A DNA stretch of 64,000 nucleotides from Candidatus Bathyarchaeota archaeon (GTDB lineage: Archaea; Thermoproteota; Bathyarchaeia; 40CM-2-53-6): assembly GCA_963833125.1 (NCBI GenBank), contig CAWHWX010000028.1:1-64000 (forward strand). The letters run 5' to 3'. Each line of letters begins with the position of its first letter. Within the stretch, counting starts at the first letter, position 1. The notes beneath the pieces were generated by a model, which had not been told where the DNA came from, did not search any database, and worked only from the letters and a program-made list of their open reading frames with translations. Both the position numbers and the translations under genes were made by a program. Shown here piece by piece: positions 29,805 to 39,220 of the stretch.

Positions 29805-30800
29805 ATGGTCATGAAGAAATTCATTAATTGTCACGAGAATGTCGTTCCGGAACTGCTGCAAGGCTATGTTCTATCCCATCCCGACAAGGTGCGGTTAGCC
29901 GGTAAGAACCTGATTGTACGTACGAAACGCAAAGCGCCGGGAAAAGTGGGAATCGTTACGCTCGGCGGAAGCGGACATGAGCCTGGCTTGAGCGGTTTTG
30001 TGGGCGAAGGTTTGCTGGATGTCAGTGTTGCGGGAGAGATTTTCGCCGCGCCGGGTGCGCCTCATTGCCTGCAGGCTATCAAGCATGCGGATGGCGGAGC
30101 AGGCGTTCTTTTTGTTGTGCTGAACCATGCCGGCGACGTTCTTTCCTCGAATATCACGATGGAAATGGCGCAGCGCGAAGGTTTGAACGTCAAGAGAATC
30201 ATTACCCACGAAGACATCGCTGGCGGTCCCGATCCTGAGAACCGGCGTGGACTCGTCGGCTTTCTTCCGGTTTACAAAGTTGCCGGAGCCGCTGCCGAGC
30301 AAGGCTTTTCGCTCGATCAATGCCTTACGATTGCGGAGCGCATGGCGCGCAACATGCGCACTTTGGCGGTAGCGGTGAGCACAGCAACCCACCCCTCCAC
30401 AGGCCAGCCGATCTTCGAACTGGCAGACGACGAAATGGAAATCGGCATGGGGCAGCACGGCGAAGCCGGCACGGGCCGCATGAAACTGAAAACCGCCGAC
30501 CAAACAACGGAAGTCATGTTGCAAATGCTGCTTGATGACCTGGAGGTAAAGCCGGGAGAAGAATTACTGGTGATTGTGAATGGAGCGGGCGCTACTACTT
30601 TGATGGAATTATTCATCGTTTTCCGCCGCGTTCACGAGCGATTGTCAGAAAAGGGAATCAAATTGGCGCGCGCCAAAGTCGGCGAATTTATTACCACGCA
30701 AGAGCAAGGGGGCTTTCAGTTGATGATCGCCCGCATGGACGAAGAACTGCTCCGCCTGTGGGATGCGCCATGCGACGCTCCATACCTCGTTGTCCGATGA
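29805..30800 (+). CDS. dhaK: Dihydroxyacetone kinase family subunit DhaK
   Basis: MKKFIN, GGSGHEP, GEIFAAP, NHAGD, EIGMGQHGE, VNGAGAT. Confidence 0.88.
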   Translation: MVMKKFINCHENVVPELLQGYVLSHPDKVRLAGKNLIVRTKRKAPGKVGIVTLGGSGHEPGLSGFVGEGLLDVSVAGEIFAAPGAPHCLQAIKHADGGAGVLFVVLNHAGDVLSSNITMEMAQREGLNVKRIITHEDIAGGPDPENRRGLVGFLPVYKVAGAAAEQGFSLDQCLTIAERMARNMRTLAVAVSTATHPSTGQPIFELADDEMEIGMGQHGEAGTGRMKLKTADQTTEVMLQMLLDDLEVKPGEELLVIVNGAGATTLMELFIVFRRVHERLSEKGIKLARAKVGEFITTQEQGGFQLMIARMDEELLRLWDAPCDAPYLVVR

Positions 30801-31468
30801 CGGAACCGATCACGAGCCGCGACCTGTCTCAAATGATGATAGGCGCAGTCACGCAAATTCGGCGGAATCATGCCTGGCTCTCGCAGTTGGACTCGGTAGC
30901 CGGCGACGGCGATCACGGCTCAACCATGCTGCGTACGGCGGAATGTATCGAGCGAGCGTTTTCTGCGGCGCCAGACTCCAATTGCAAAACCATTTTGCAC
31001 GATGCCGGATGGGCCATCCTCAGTCTGGATGGCGGTGCGTCCACGTCATTGTTCGGAACTTTTTTTCTCGGTATGGCGGACGCTCCAGTGGCTGATGCAC
31101 GAACTTTGGATTGCTCTGGCATGGCCGCGATTTTCGAGGCCGGTCTGAAAGCCGTCCAGAAGCAGACCAAGGCCCGCCCTGGAGACAAGACCCTAATGGA
31201 CGCGCTAACTCCGGCTGTTGAATCCTTGGCGGCTGCGGCAAGTGCAGGCAAAGAAATCGATCAAGCTCTCGCGGAAGCTGCACAAGCAGCCAAATCAGGC
31301 GCGGCTTCTACTACAGAAGCAGTCGCGCGCTATGGGCGTTCCCGGCAGGTTGGGGAGAAAGCGAAAGGTCATCAGGATCCCGGTGCCACTTCCGTTGCGC
31401 TCATGTTTGAGGGCTTCATCCAAGGATTCACCCAAACCAAAGAAAATGAACACCGCGTCGGACCGTAA
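30797..31468 (+). CDS. dhaL: Dihydroxyacetone kinase family subunit DhaL
   Basis: LSQLDSVAGDGDHG, GGASTSLFG, GDKTLMDAL, GHQDPGA; ATGA overlap with dhaK. Confidence 0.88.
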   Translation: MTEPITSRDLSQMMIGAVTQIRRNHAWLSQLDSVAGDGDHGSTMLRTAECIERAFSAAPDSNCKTILHDAGWAILSLDGGASTSLFGTFFLGMADAPVADARTLDCSGMAAIFEAGLKAVQKQTKARPGDKTLMDALTPAVESLAAAASAGKEIDQALAEAAQAAKSGAASTTEAVARYGRSRQVGEKAKGHQDPGATSVALMFEGFIQGFTQTKENEHRVGP

Positions 31469-31493
31469 CAGTGCGGCGCATTGGAGGATCGTT

Positions 31494-31805
31494 ATGGTTA
31501 CCAAGAATAAGACTCAAGTCGTCTGTGTAGCCGAACACCGCGCGCTGGAAGGCAAGGAAGAAGCTCTGATTGAGGCGTTGCATAGCCTCATTGAGACAAC
31601 CCTCAAGGAACCGGGCTGCCTCCGTTATGAACTCAACCAGCGAGAGGACGACCCACGCTGGATCACTTTTATCGAGAAATGGAAGGACCAGAAGAGCTTC
31701 GACGACCATTGCGCGTCGGCTGGCGTCGCGAATTACTTCAACAATGTGCGGCCGGTTCTGGTGGAGCGCCTCGATGTAAAGCTATATCGCGAATTCCTGC
31801 TTTAA
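31494..31805 (+). CDS. Antibiotic biosynthesis monooxygenase (ABM / putative quinol monooxygenase) family protein
   Basis: GGAGG RBS; EPGCLRYEL, FIEKW, FDDH. Confidence 0.85.
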   Translation: MVTKNKTQVVCVAEHRALEGKEEALIEALHSLIETTLKEPGCLRYELNQREDDPRWITFIEKWKDQKSFDDHCASAGVANYFNNVRPVLVERLDVKLYREFLL

Positions 31806-31820
31806 CGGATCGCTTCGCCT

Positions 31821-32582
31821 ATGCGTCTAGCCAACAAAGTAGCTGTGGTTACCGGTGCCGCTTCGGGAATCGGCCGGGCCACGGCGCTGCGCTTTTGTGA
31901 GGAAGGCGCATCGGTCGCAATCCTCGATCGCAATGCCGATCGGGGCGGGGAAGTGCTCCAACTGATTCGCCAACGTGGCCACTCTGCGACCTTTGTTCCG
32001 GTGGATGTGGCCATCGAATCGCAAGTGCGAGACGCGATTCGCAAGGCGGAAGCAGAACTCGGATTGATTCATGTACTTGTGAACAATGCCGCCGCATTTG
32101 TCTTCGGCTCCTACGATGTTACTCAGGCGGATTGGGAGCGGGTTCTTTCCGTTAACGTCATGGGTTCAGCGTTCTGCGCCAAGTACGCTGCCGAATCCAT
32201 GATCCGCGCGGGTGGGGGCGCTATCGTCAACGTTTCTTCGATCAGCGGCATGATCGCGCAGGAACGGAGCCTGCCTTACAACACCAGCAAAGCGGCTCTC
32301 CTCGGGCTCAACCGCTGCCTCGCCATGGATCTGGCCCGCCATCAAATTAGGGTGAATGCCGTCGCCCCAGGTTATGTAGACACTCCGCAGCTGCGGCGGG
32401 ATATCGAACTGGCGGGCATGACCTATGAGCAGTCGCTCAAACTGGAGGGTCCGCTCCACATGCTGGGGCGTTTCGCGACCGCGGAAGAAATTGCCAACGC
32501 AATCTTATTTCTCGCCTCCGACGAGGCTTCCTTTATTACTGGCACTTGCCTTATGGTGGATGGCGGCCTCACCGCAAAGTGA
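31821..32582 (+). CDS. Short-chain dehydrogenase/reductase
   Basis: TGAASGIG, NNAA, YNTSK, IRVNAVAPG, FITGTCLMVDGG. Confidence 0.92.
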   Translation: MRLANKVAVVTGAASGIGRATALRFCEEGASVAILDRNADRGGEVLQLIRQRGHSATFVPVDVAIESQVRDAIRKAEAELGLIHVLVNNAAAFVFGSYDVTQADWERVLSVNVMGSAFCAKYAAESMIRAGGGAIVNVSSISGMIAQERSLPYNTSKAALLGLNRCLAMDLARHQIRVNAVAPGYVDTPQLRRDIELAGMTYEQSLKLEGPLHMLGRFATAEEIANAILFLASDEASFITGTCLMVDGGLTAK

Positions 32583-32607
32583 ATCGGGTCGAAGTGAAGG
32601 TCGTGAA

Positions 32608-34014
32608 TCAGAGACGCTCCGCAGCGTGGGCCGGTCGCAGGCCGATGCCGTGCCGCCGCACCAGCAGAAATAAATACAGCACACCCGCCAAACTCCACAC
32701 CGTACCCACCTTCATGGCCAGCGGCGACACGCTTAGCCAGATCCACAAGCACACCAGGAAGCCGGCAATTGGCACAAATAAATATCCCCAAAGCGCAGCC
32801 AAGCCACGCTGCCGCTGGCGCACAAAATAATGGCCGATGACCGATAGATTCACCACCATGAATCCCGCACAGGCGCCAAAGTTCACCAATTCCGCGGCTT
32901 TGTCCAGGTCGAGCATCAGGCCGGCAGTGAGCGCAATCGCACCCATCAAAATCATGCTATAGGTCGGCGTGCGAAGTTTAGGATGCAAATAACCAAATAC
33001 AAAATGCGGCAGCTTTCCGTCCCGGGCCATGCCAAAGAGCAATCTCGATGCGCTAGCCTGGCTGGCAATGCCGCTGGCCCAAGCCTGCGCGACTACCAGC
33101 AGTGCAATCAAATAGGCCAGAGCGGGGCCGCCGATCTTTCTTCCGATATCGCTGAATGCGGTCTCGATTGGCGAAAACGTGGTGTAGTCCGGCCAAATCA
33201 GCTGGCCGAGGTAGGTCTGCAAAATAAATAGCCCGCCGGCAATCAGGCACACCAGAATTGTCGCCCGCGCGATATTTTTCTGTGGATCCTTCGCATCTTC
33301 TGCCAAAGTCGAAATGCCATCGAATCCCAAGAAAGAAAGCACGGCCACCGGCGTGGCCGCCATGACTGCTCTCAGGGAGAAATTTCCCGGAGAATAAAAG
33401 GGCTCCAGAGAAATCAAAGTGCCGCGCCCCACGCCGTGCGTAAGCGCCCACACCGCCGCAATCAGAAACCACACAATCGAAATCGAGAGAATAATATTGA
33501 AGATGGTCGTAGCGCGCGAGGTCATCTCAATACCTCGCAAGTTGATGCCGGTGATCGCGACTGAAGTCACAATCACCCATGCGCTATAGGGAATGGCGGG
33601 CACCAGCTTATTCGAAGTGACGCCCACGATGATTACGCACAGCATGGGCATCAGGATGTAATCAAGAATCATCACCCACCCGGCCAGATAGCCGACAATG
33701 GGATGAATCGCTTTCGACGCATAGGCGTACGTCGAACCCGCCTCCGGAAAGGCAGACGCCATTTTTCCGTAGCTGACGGCGGTAAAACTCACGGCAACCA
33801 TCGCGATGAGATACACCATCGCAAAGTGCCCGTGGGATTGCACTGCTCCCACACCGAAAAATGTGTATGGCGCCGTCGGGCCGACAAATGCCAGGCCAAA
33901 CAGCACCAGAGCCCACAGAGACAGGACGGGCTTGAAACTGTTCGAAGAAGTGGCTAATCCTGGCTCTGCCGTCCCGGTCGAACTATTCGAATATGGCGCT
34001 TGCGGCGCGTCCAT
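32608..34014 (-). CDS. APC family amino acid/polyamine permease (PuuP/PlaP-like)
   Basis: LVLFGLAFVGP, FPEAGSTYAY, SFLGFDGISTLAED, SRLLFGMARDG, LVNFGA; about 12 TM helices. Confidence 0.9.
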   Translation of the reverse strand: MDAPQAPYSNSSTGTAEPGLATSSNSFKPVLSLWALVLFGLAFVGPTAPYTFFGVGAVQSHGHFAMVYLIAMVAVSFTAVSYGKMASAFPEAGSTYAYASKAIHPIVGYLAGWVMILDYILMPMLCVIIVGVTSNKLVPAIPYSAWVIVTSVAITGINLRGIEMTSRATTIFNIILSISIVWFLIAAVWALTHGVGRGTLISLEPFYSPGNFSLRAVMAATPVAVLSFLGFDGISTLAEDAKDPQKNIARATILVCLIAGGLFILQTYLGQLIWPDYTTFSPIETAFSDIGRKIGGPALAYLIALLVVAQAWASGIASQASASRLLFGMARDGKLPHFVFGYLHPKLRTPTYSMILMGAIALTAGLMLDLDKAAELVNFGACAGFMVVNLSVIGHYFVRQRQRGLAALWGYLFVPIAGFLVCLWIWLSVSPLAMKVGTVWSLAGVLYLFLLVRRHGIGLRPAHAAERL

Positions 34015-34184
34015 GCCGGCGGAACCTTTCGGTGCAATTGTAGTGTCGTGCGGCGCGAGTCGCAGGTAATTGTAAGCATGAGGCCCATAAGGTCTATCAG
34101 GTTTTTACAATTCCGTATCAAGATTGCTCCGTCGTTGCGACGAAAGCACATGCTACACTTTGGCGATTTCTCCTTCGTGACGGG

Positions 34185-34364
34185 ATGCGCCTGGGCTTGC
34201 TCATAGCGTTGTTCGCGGCCATACTTCTAGTTTCGCTCGGCTCGTCGTCGCAAAATGCTGCATCCCCCATTCACTTCCACTTTCAATCCATCCGTTTTTC
34301 TTTAGATAGCGATGAGACTCCTGAGCGGCACGCGCCAGAAACCATGGCTGGAGGCGTTGCAGTG
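34185..34364 (+). pseudogene. 5' fragment of a CRTAC1/ASPIC-UnbV family gene
   Basis: Signal peptide followed by ...ETPERHAPETMAGGVAV. The expected FDYDxDG repeat is replaced by unrelated sequence, with a stop at 34409. Confidence 0.7.
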
Positions 34365-34793
34365 ACTCGCAACACACACCGCTTTACGTGCCTCAGTAGC
34401 AGCCGATAAAAAATGTGCAACCGCCAACGCTGAAATGAAAGTGGCCGCCCTCTCCTGGTGGGGCTATTGGCCCATATTTCGGCAGGGCACAAGGCGTTTA
34501 CGCTCATCTTCCCTTGGAGCAAGGAGCATTTGAGTGTAACGGCGATGTTTCGACAACGACCGAGTTTGTCTAAAGACGAAGCTAGCCAAAGACTACGGGC
34601 AATTTGGTCAGCGCGCACTAGTGATTGAAGCTGCTGAGAGCCTGTCATGCTTGCCAAAATCCCTGCAAGTCATACAAGAATCGTAAATTTGTGAAAAAAA
34701 GTCGCTCCGCAGCGCTTCGGAAGAACGTCATTCAGAGCCTGTGGAGCCTGCGCGTTTCCTCGTGAAAGCGATCAAGCCAGCGCACCGCTCCGT

Positions 34794-34866
34794 TGTCATT
34801 CCTCAAAACATCGTGCACTCGCAGAATCAATGATTTGGCGAGTGCACGATGTTTTGAGGAATGACA
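34794..34866. repeat. Perfect 29-bp inverted repeat with 15-nt spacer, 70 bp from the tRNA-Pro 3' end
   Basis: TGTCATTCCTCAAAACATCGTGCACTCGC (34794-34822) and its exact reverse complement (34838-34866). Confidence 0.9.
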
Positions 34867-34936
34867 GGCGAAAACAGGCCGAGTTGTGGCGTGCCAGGGT
34901 GGTCACGAAACCCGCATGGATACTGGAGAAAGGTAT

Positions 34937-35013
<77 letters not shown>

Positions 35014-35194
35014 ACTGATGCGCAAGCGCGAAAAGCAATGTCCTGCAGGCCCGGACTGCGAAACGGACTCCAATGCGCAATCAAAAGTATAACATTCGGA
35101 CAGAAGATTGATGGACTCTGCTGGCTGGGTCAAATGCACGTGCGGCGTATTGCGCCAGACGAGCTACCCCATCTAAAGATGTCGGGACGATTGT

Positions 35195-35587
35195 CTAGTT
35201 CGGTTTGCGGTTCTTGCCTTCGGACATAAAGCGAAGCACTGCGGTATCGGCGGCGGAGCGGCATTTTTTGAGGAACGCGGCTTCCGCGCTGATGGAAACG
35301 TCTTCCGAAGTCCGCTGGCGGATGCTTTGCCGGAGCCGGTCGCCTGCTTCGGTTTCATTGGCCATGACTTGCATGTAGAACCAGAGAAAGTGACGCATCT
35401 GATCCACTGCCGATTTCAAGGTGCGCAGGGAATCCATCTCGGGCAGTTGGCTCATCGCTTCCATGAGTTCGGGATCGTTGGGTACTTCCATGGCGGCACA
35501 GTTCAATGCGCGTTGAATGGCGCGCAGATCTTCGGTGACGCGGTCAACCCGCAGGTGGATAGCTTCCAGATAATCATCTCGATCCAT
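35195..35587 (-). CDS. Hypothetical protein (helical)
   Basis: 130-aa ORF with natural composition (LKSAVDQMRHFLWFY) filling an intergenic gap. Confidence 0.7.
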   Translation of the reverse strand: MDRDDYLEAIHLRVDRVTEDLRAIQRALNCAAMEVPNDPELMEAMSQLPEMDSLRTLKSAVDQMRHFLWFYMQVMANETEAGDRLRQSIRQRTSEDVSISAEAAFLKKCRSAADTAVLRFMSEGKNRKPN

Positions 35588-35737
35588 GGTTTTTTCGCTG
35601 CCTTCTCATCCGTAACTACGTTCGGTGACAACATCTCAACATCTCACTCGCAAAAGATCGCGAACAGATGTCCCACGGGCAGCGGCTTTCGTAATTCGTG
35701 AGTTACTTTGGTATTCCTAATGTTTTCGAACGCGAAG

Positions 35738-36430
35738 TCAACTGGCGTTGACCGGGTTTTTCATCTGCAATTGCAGGCCACCCGTGCGAATTTGCGGCAC
35801 TTCGACGATGCGCATTCCTACGCAAGGATTTTCTACCGCCGAAAGGAGGGCCCGTATCATCTGTTCGTGGGTCACCAAACCCAGGCGCAACGCGCCTTCC
35901 CGAGTTGCTGGGAAAAGCTCCATGAGGCGGTAAATCGGCAGCAGAGCATAAGGCCAGCGGTGGCCCGGCCCCAGAACGTACCAGGGCCGCAGGATAGTTG
36001 CATTGAGGCCGCTTTCGCGAATGGCTTCTTCGCATTCACTTCGTACCTGGATGTAGGCTTTCATCATGGGGGCAGGGTGGGCAACGCTCACGTAAACGAA
36101 ATGGTGCACTCCGGCGTTCTTAGCGGCGCGGACAGCATCGCACGCCGAGACCAGATCTACGCTGCGGAATTGTTCTCCCTTGGAAGGACTTGGGTGAGGA
36201 ACGCCGACCAGTTGGACGAAAGTATCGGCCGGCGCAACTCTCGAGGCGTAGGATTCGCCCCGCAGCGCATCGCCGGCCACTGCCTGGCAACCAGGCGGCA
36301 GTTTGGCTTCGGAACCGGGCCGGACCAACCCCCGCACGTCATGGCCGCGCCTGACCAGGCAGGCGATGAGAGGGCGACCCAGGTATCCGGTACTCCCAGT
36401 GACAAATACGGTGCGCTTCTGAAGTTCCAT
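35738..36430 (-). CDS. NAD(P)H-binding protein (NAD-dependent epimerase/dehydratase, atypical SDR)
   Basis: VFVTGSTGYLG, GHDVRGLVR, GVHHFVYVS, ILRPWYVLGPG. Confidence 0.88.
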   Translation of the reverse strand: MELQKRTVFVTGSTGYLGRPLIACLVRRGHDVRGLVRPGSEAKLPPGCQAVAGDALRGESYASRVAPADTFVQLVGVPHPSPSKGEQFRSVDLVSACDAVRAAKNAGVHHFVYVSVAHPAPMMKAYIQVRSECEEAIRESGLNATILRPWYVLGPGHRWPYALLPIYRLMELFPATREGALRLGLVTHEQMIRALLSAVENPCVGMRIVEVPQIRTGGLQLQMKNPVNAS

Positions 36431-36558
36431 GAGTTTCCAGGGATTCGATGTTGCCATAAATTACATGTACGCAGGCAAGTCAAAAGCGGATTATTCCATC
36501 TGCTGCGCTATTCTGGGTCTTCAGCTACCATGGGCAAGTTCATTCATGGCAGGGATGA

Positions 36559-37209
36559 GTGATTGCTATGCCTTCTTCCTCCGCTTTGGAAATAATCGCC
36601 AGCTACGTCGGGCATGAGATGGAAATCGATGCCGGACATCCTGTTGCCGAATGGCAAAGTGCTAATCCGGTTGTGTTTTCAGCGGATTGGCGAGGAGAAA
36701 ATTCCGAGCCTGCCCGCGAAACGCAGGTGCGGGTTTTGTGGTCGGACCAGAGTCTATATTTGCGTTTCGACTGCCGCTATCGCGAATTGTTTGTGTTTGC
36801 CGATTCTGACCCCAATGGGCGGCGCGGTCAGCTTTGGGACCGTGACGTGGCCGAGGCATTTCTGCAGCCCGATCCGCTCCGGGAGCGTTACTACAAGGAG
36901 TTTGAAGTGAGTCCCAATGGGATGTGGATTGATCTGGATATTTTTCCCGGCGGGCGGAGCGACCTGAAGAGTGAGATGTTGCGCTCGGTTATCCTTCATG
37001 AGTCGAATAAGACCTGGACGGCGGAGCTGGCAATTCCCATCCGCGCGCTCACCGCGAATTTTGACCCCACCCGGATTTGGCGAGCGAACTTCTACCGGGT
37101 AGAAGGGAAGCAAGAGCCACGAGCATATCTTGCATGGCAACCGACACTGACGGCGCAACCCAACTTTCACGTTCCTGGCAGATTCGGGTACCTGCGGTTT
37201 TCCCGGTAA
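36559..37209 (+). CDS. Carbohydrate-binding family 9-like (DOMON-like) protein
   Basis: TQVRVLWSDQSLYLRF, LWDRDVAEAFL, YKEFEVSPNG, WTAELAIP, WRANFYR, PNFHVP. Confidence 0.82.
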   Translation: MIAMPSSSALEIIASYVGHEMEIDAGHPVAEWQSANPVVFSADWRGENSEPARETQVRVLWSDQSLYLRFDCRYRELFVFADSDPNGRRGQLWDRDVAEAFLQPDPLRERYYKEFEVSPNGMWIDLDIFPGGRSDLKSEMLRSVILHESNKTWTAELAIPIRALTANFDPTRIWRANFYRVEGKQEPRAYLAWQPTLTAQPNFHVPGRFGYLRFSR

Positions 37210-37313
37210 TCTTCCTTGCCGGCGGACAACGTCGAATGAATTGCCGACTAACCTCTTAGGGAGTAGAGTATGGCCGGGATTGCAATTCCGAACCAACGGA
37301 GAATGAATTCATT

Positions 37314-37823
37314 ATGAAAGCAAATAGGCGCATGTTCCTGTTGATTCTGCCGCTTTGCCTGTTTCCACTAGCTCTATCCGCGCAGCAAGGAAAAGCTGGA
37401 GTTCTCAGTGCTCAGGACGTTAAGCGCGTTGTGCCTGCTACTTACTTTTTCCGCGGCCAATCGGCGCCGGTGCAATTACGGAACTCGGGCGGGTTCAGTA
37501 CCGCGGAGGGAAAGCTGGTTCTGGCAGGTTTCGTGGATACTTCAGGCTATTCCACCGACGTCCAGGCGAAGTACCAAGGTTTGTTCATCACCGAGGTCAA
37601 GCTCAGTGTTGAGGGGACCGATTTGGCGCCCGGCGCCTATGGCTTCGGCTTCACCAAGGACGGCAATTTCCAGGTGATGGACGTGGGCGCGAACGATCTG
37701 TTCACGGTTTCAGGGCACACTGACGACAAGATGGCGCATCCTGTGCCTTTGAAGATGGCGGCCGATGGCGATGGATATCGTCTCTACGCTGGCCGGAAGT
37801 GGGTGGCGCTGAAGCCCGAGTAG
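37314..37823 (+). CDS. Secreted hypothetical protein
   Basis: Signal peptide ending ALSA; beta-rich body (LAPGAYGFGF). Confidence 0.75.
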   Translation: MKANRRMFLLILPLCLFPLALSAQQGKAGVLSAQDVKRVVPATYFFRGQSAPVQLRNSGGFSTAEGKLVLAGFVDTSGYSTDVQAKYQGLFITEVKLSVEGTDLAPGAYGFGFTKDGNFQVMDVGANDLFTVSGHTDDKMAHPVPLKMAADGDGYRLYAGRKWVALKPE

Positions 37824-37827
37824 CAAC

Positions 37828-38484
37828 TTAATGCTGTAGAGGTTGTAACGACCCCAGTATGGAGGAAATACCCGCGCGCTTGTGGAGTTCATTGAGCAGT
37901 GCCTGAGCTGCATTTTGATAAGTTTTACTGGGGTCGGATGGATCTGACCACACAGCTTCGTAAATAATCTGCGTCGCGGTTTTGACGTCAATGTGAAGCG
38001 CCGCCTCAAATTGATCGGCCCGTTCCTGCAAGTGATCGTAGCAGCCTTGACAAACCGCGGCCGGTTCAAACGATCCTTCGTGATTTTCTTCCTTGCTGCA
38101 GCGGAAGCTTGTAGTGGCATTGATTTCCAGTTCCCCGGGTTGGATCTGCGCCTTGAATTCCTGTAAAAAGCGTTCCCGCTCCTGTTCGAGAATTTCGGGG
38201 TCGGGCGTTTGCTCCGCGGCAGGGGAGGGAACTGTGATGGCTTGAATCGTGGGCGAGACGCGCTCTGTGCTCTTACAGACAGGGCAAGATGTCAAATTTG
38301 CAGCGTAGTAGGTCTTGCACTTGAGGCAAGGCAGCCCGTACCCGTAGACGCGGGGACCTAATTTGACAGCGTTAGCTCCTGCCACCGGTAAGTCCTGTTG
38401 TAAGGTGAAAGCGCTGTTGGGGGCGAGAAGCGTCGAGGCGATGGTTTGCGTGCTTTCAACCAGCGTGGATTCGGTCGAGTTCAT
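37828..38484 (-). CDS. Hypothetical protein with two putative Zn-binding clusters
   Basis: CLKC-x10-CPVC and C-x5-H-x9-CQGC; GGAG RBS-like sequence upstream. Confidence 0.7.
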   Translation of the reverse strand: MNSTESTLVESTQTIASTLLAPNSAFTLQQDLPVAGANAVKLGPRVYGYGLPCLKCKTYYAANLTSCPVCKSTERVSPTIQAITVPSPAAEQTPDPEILEQERERFLQEFKAQIQPGELEINATTSFRCSKEENHEGSFEPAAVCQGCYDHLQERADQFEAALHIDVKTATQIIYEAVWSDPSDPSKTYQNAAQALLNELHKRAGISSILGSLQPLQH

Positions 38485-38745
38485 GGCTTTCTCCGGGAGG
38501 GCAGATCTGGCTGCATCATTGATTCCAAAGGGACATTCTAGTGCGGGAGTCCCGAAATACCGATGGCACGAGAGTTCATTGTCCGACCGTGCGCAGCTCC
38601 AAAATGTGGTGGGTTCAAAGCCCCAATCGCCTGGATCGGCCGAGTTCGCGCATCACTTGCCAGCAACGCCGGGTTTCGCAGTTGACTGGAGGGTTGGGGT
38701 CCAGTAACGTTAAGAGAGTTCTGTTTCCAGTTAGCGGAGGAAGTT

Positions 38746-38937
38746 ATGTTTGATGGCCTTTTTCAGCCGACGCATTTGCTATTGATCTTCTTTATTGCCT
38801 TGCTGGTTTTTGGGCCGAAAAAGCTGCCCGAGCTTGGCAAAGGGATTGGGGAAGGCATCCGCTCCCTGAAGGAGGGAATGAAGGATACCCCACCCGAAAC
38901 TCCCAAACCAACGACTAATACCGACACCAAAGCCTAG
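38746..38937 (+). CDS. tatA: Twin-arginine translocase TatA/TatE family subunit
   Basis: GGAGG RBS; LLLIFFIALLVFGPKKLPELGKGIGEGIRSLK. Confidence 0.93.
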   Translation: MFDGLFQPTHLLLIFFIALLVFGPKKLPELGKGIGEGIRSLKEGMKDTPPETPKPTTNTDTKA

Positions 38938-39220
38938 GAAAGTGCTTGGTTTCCGGCGACTAGGGCACACAGAAGCGATGATTCAGCGTAGGCGCATCTA
39001 GGTGGTTTTCTGTGGTAAGCGTGTTGATTTCCCGCGGGAAAACTCTGCATCCCCCTCCTAACTAACAGAATCCAACATTTATTCGGGATCTGGCGTTTGA
39101 AACCCAGGAGATAAATCCTGCGCGAGTAAAATGCTGCTTGTGGGGCTTTACCTTTTCATTGCACGACCAAGCGAGCAGGCTGCGTGGAGTGTCGTAGTTT
39201 GCTGGAGATCCTGAGAAACC

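Noticed and set aside
5420-31468. Calling the region a complete D-apiose catabolic pathway (GH140-like, AptAB-like, DhaK-like)
   Set aside because: Apiose isomerase, apulose kinase, apionate oxidoisomerase and the decarboxylase/RLP steps are not present, and these genes sit in two separately regulated clusters.
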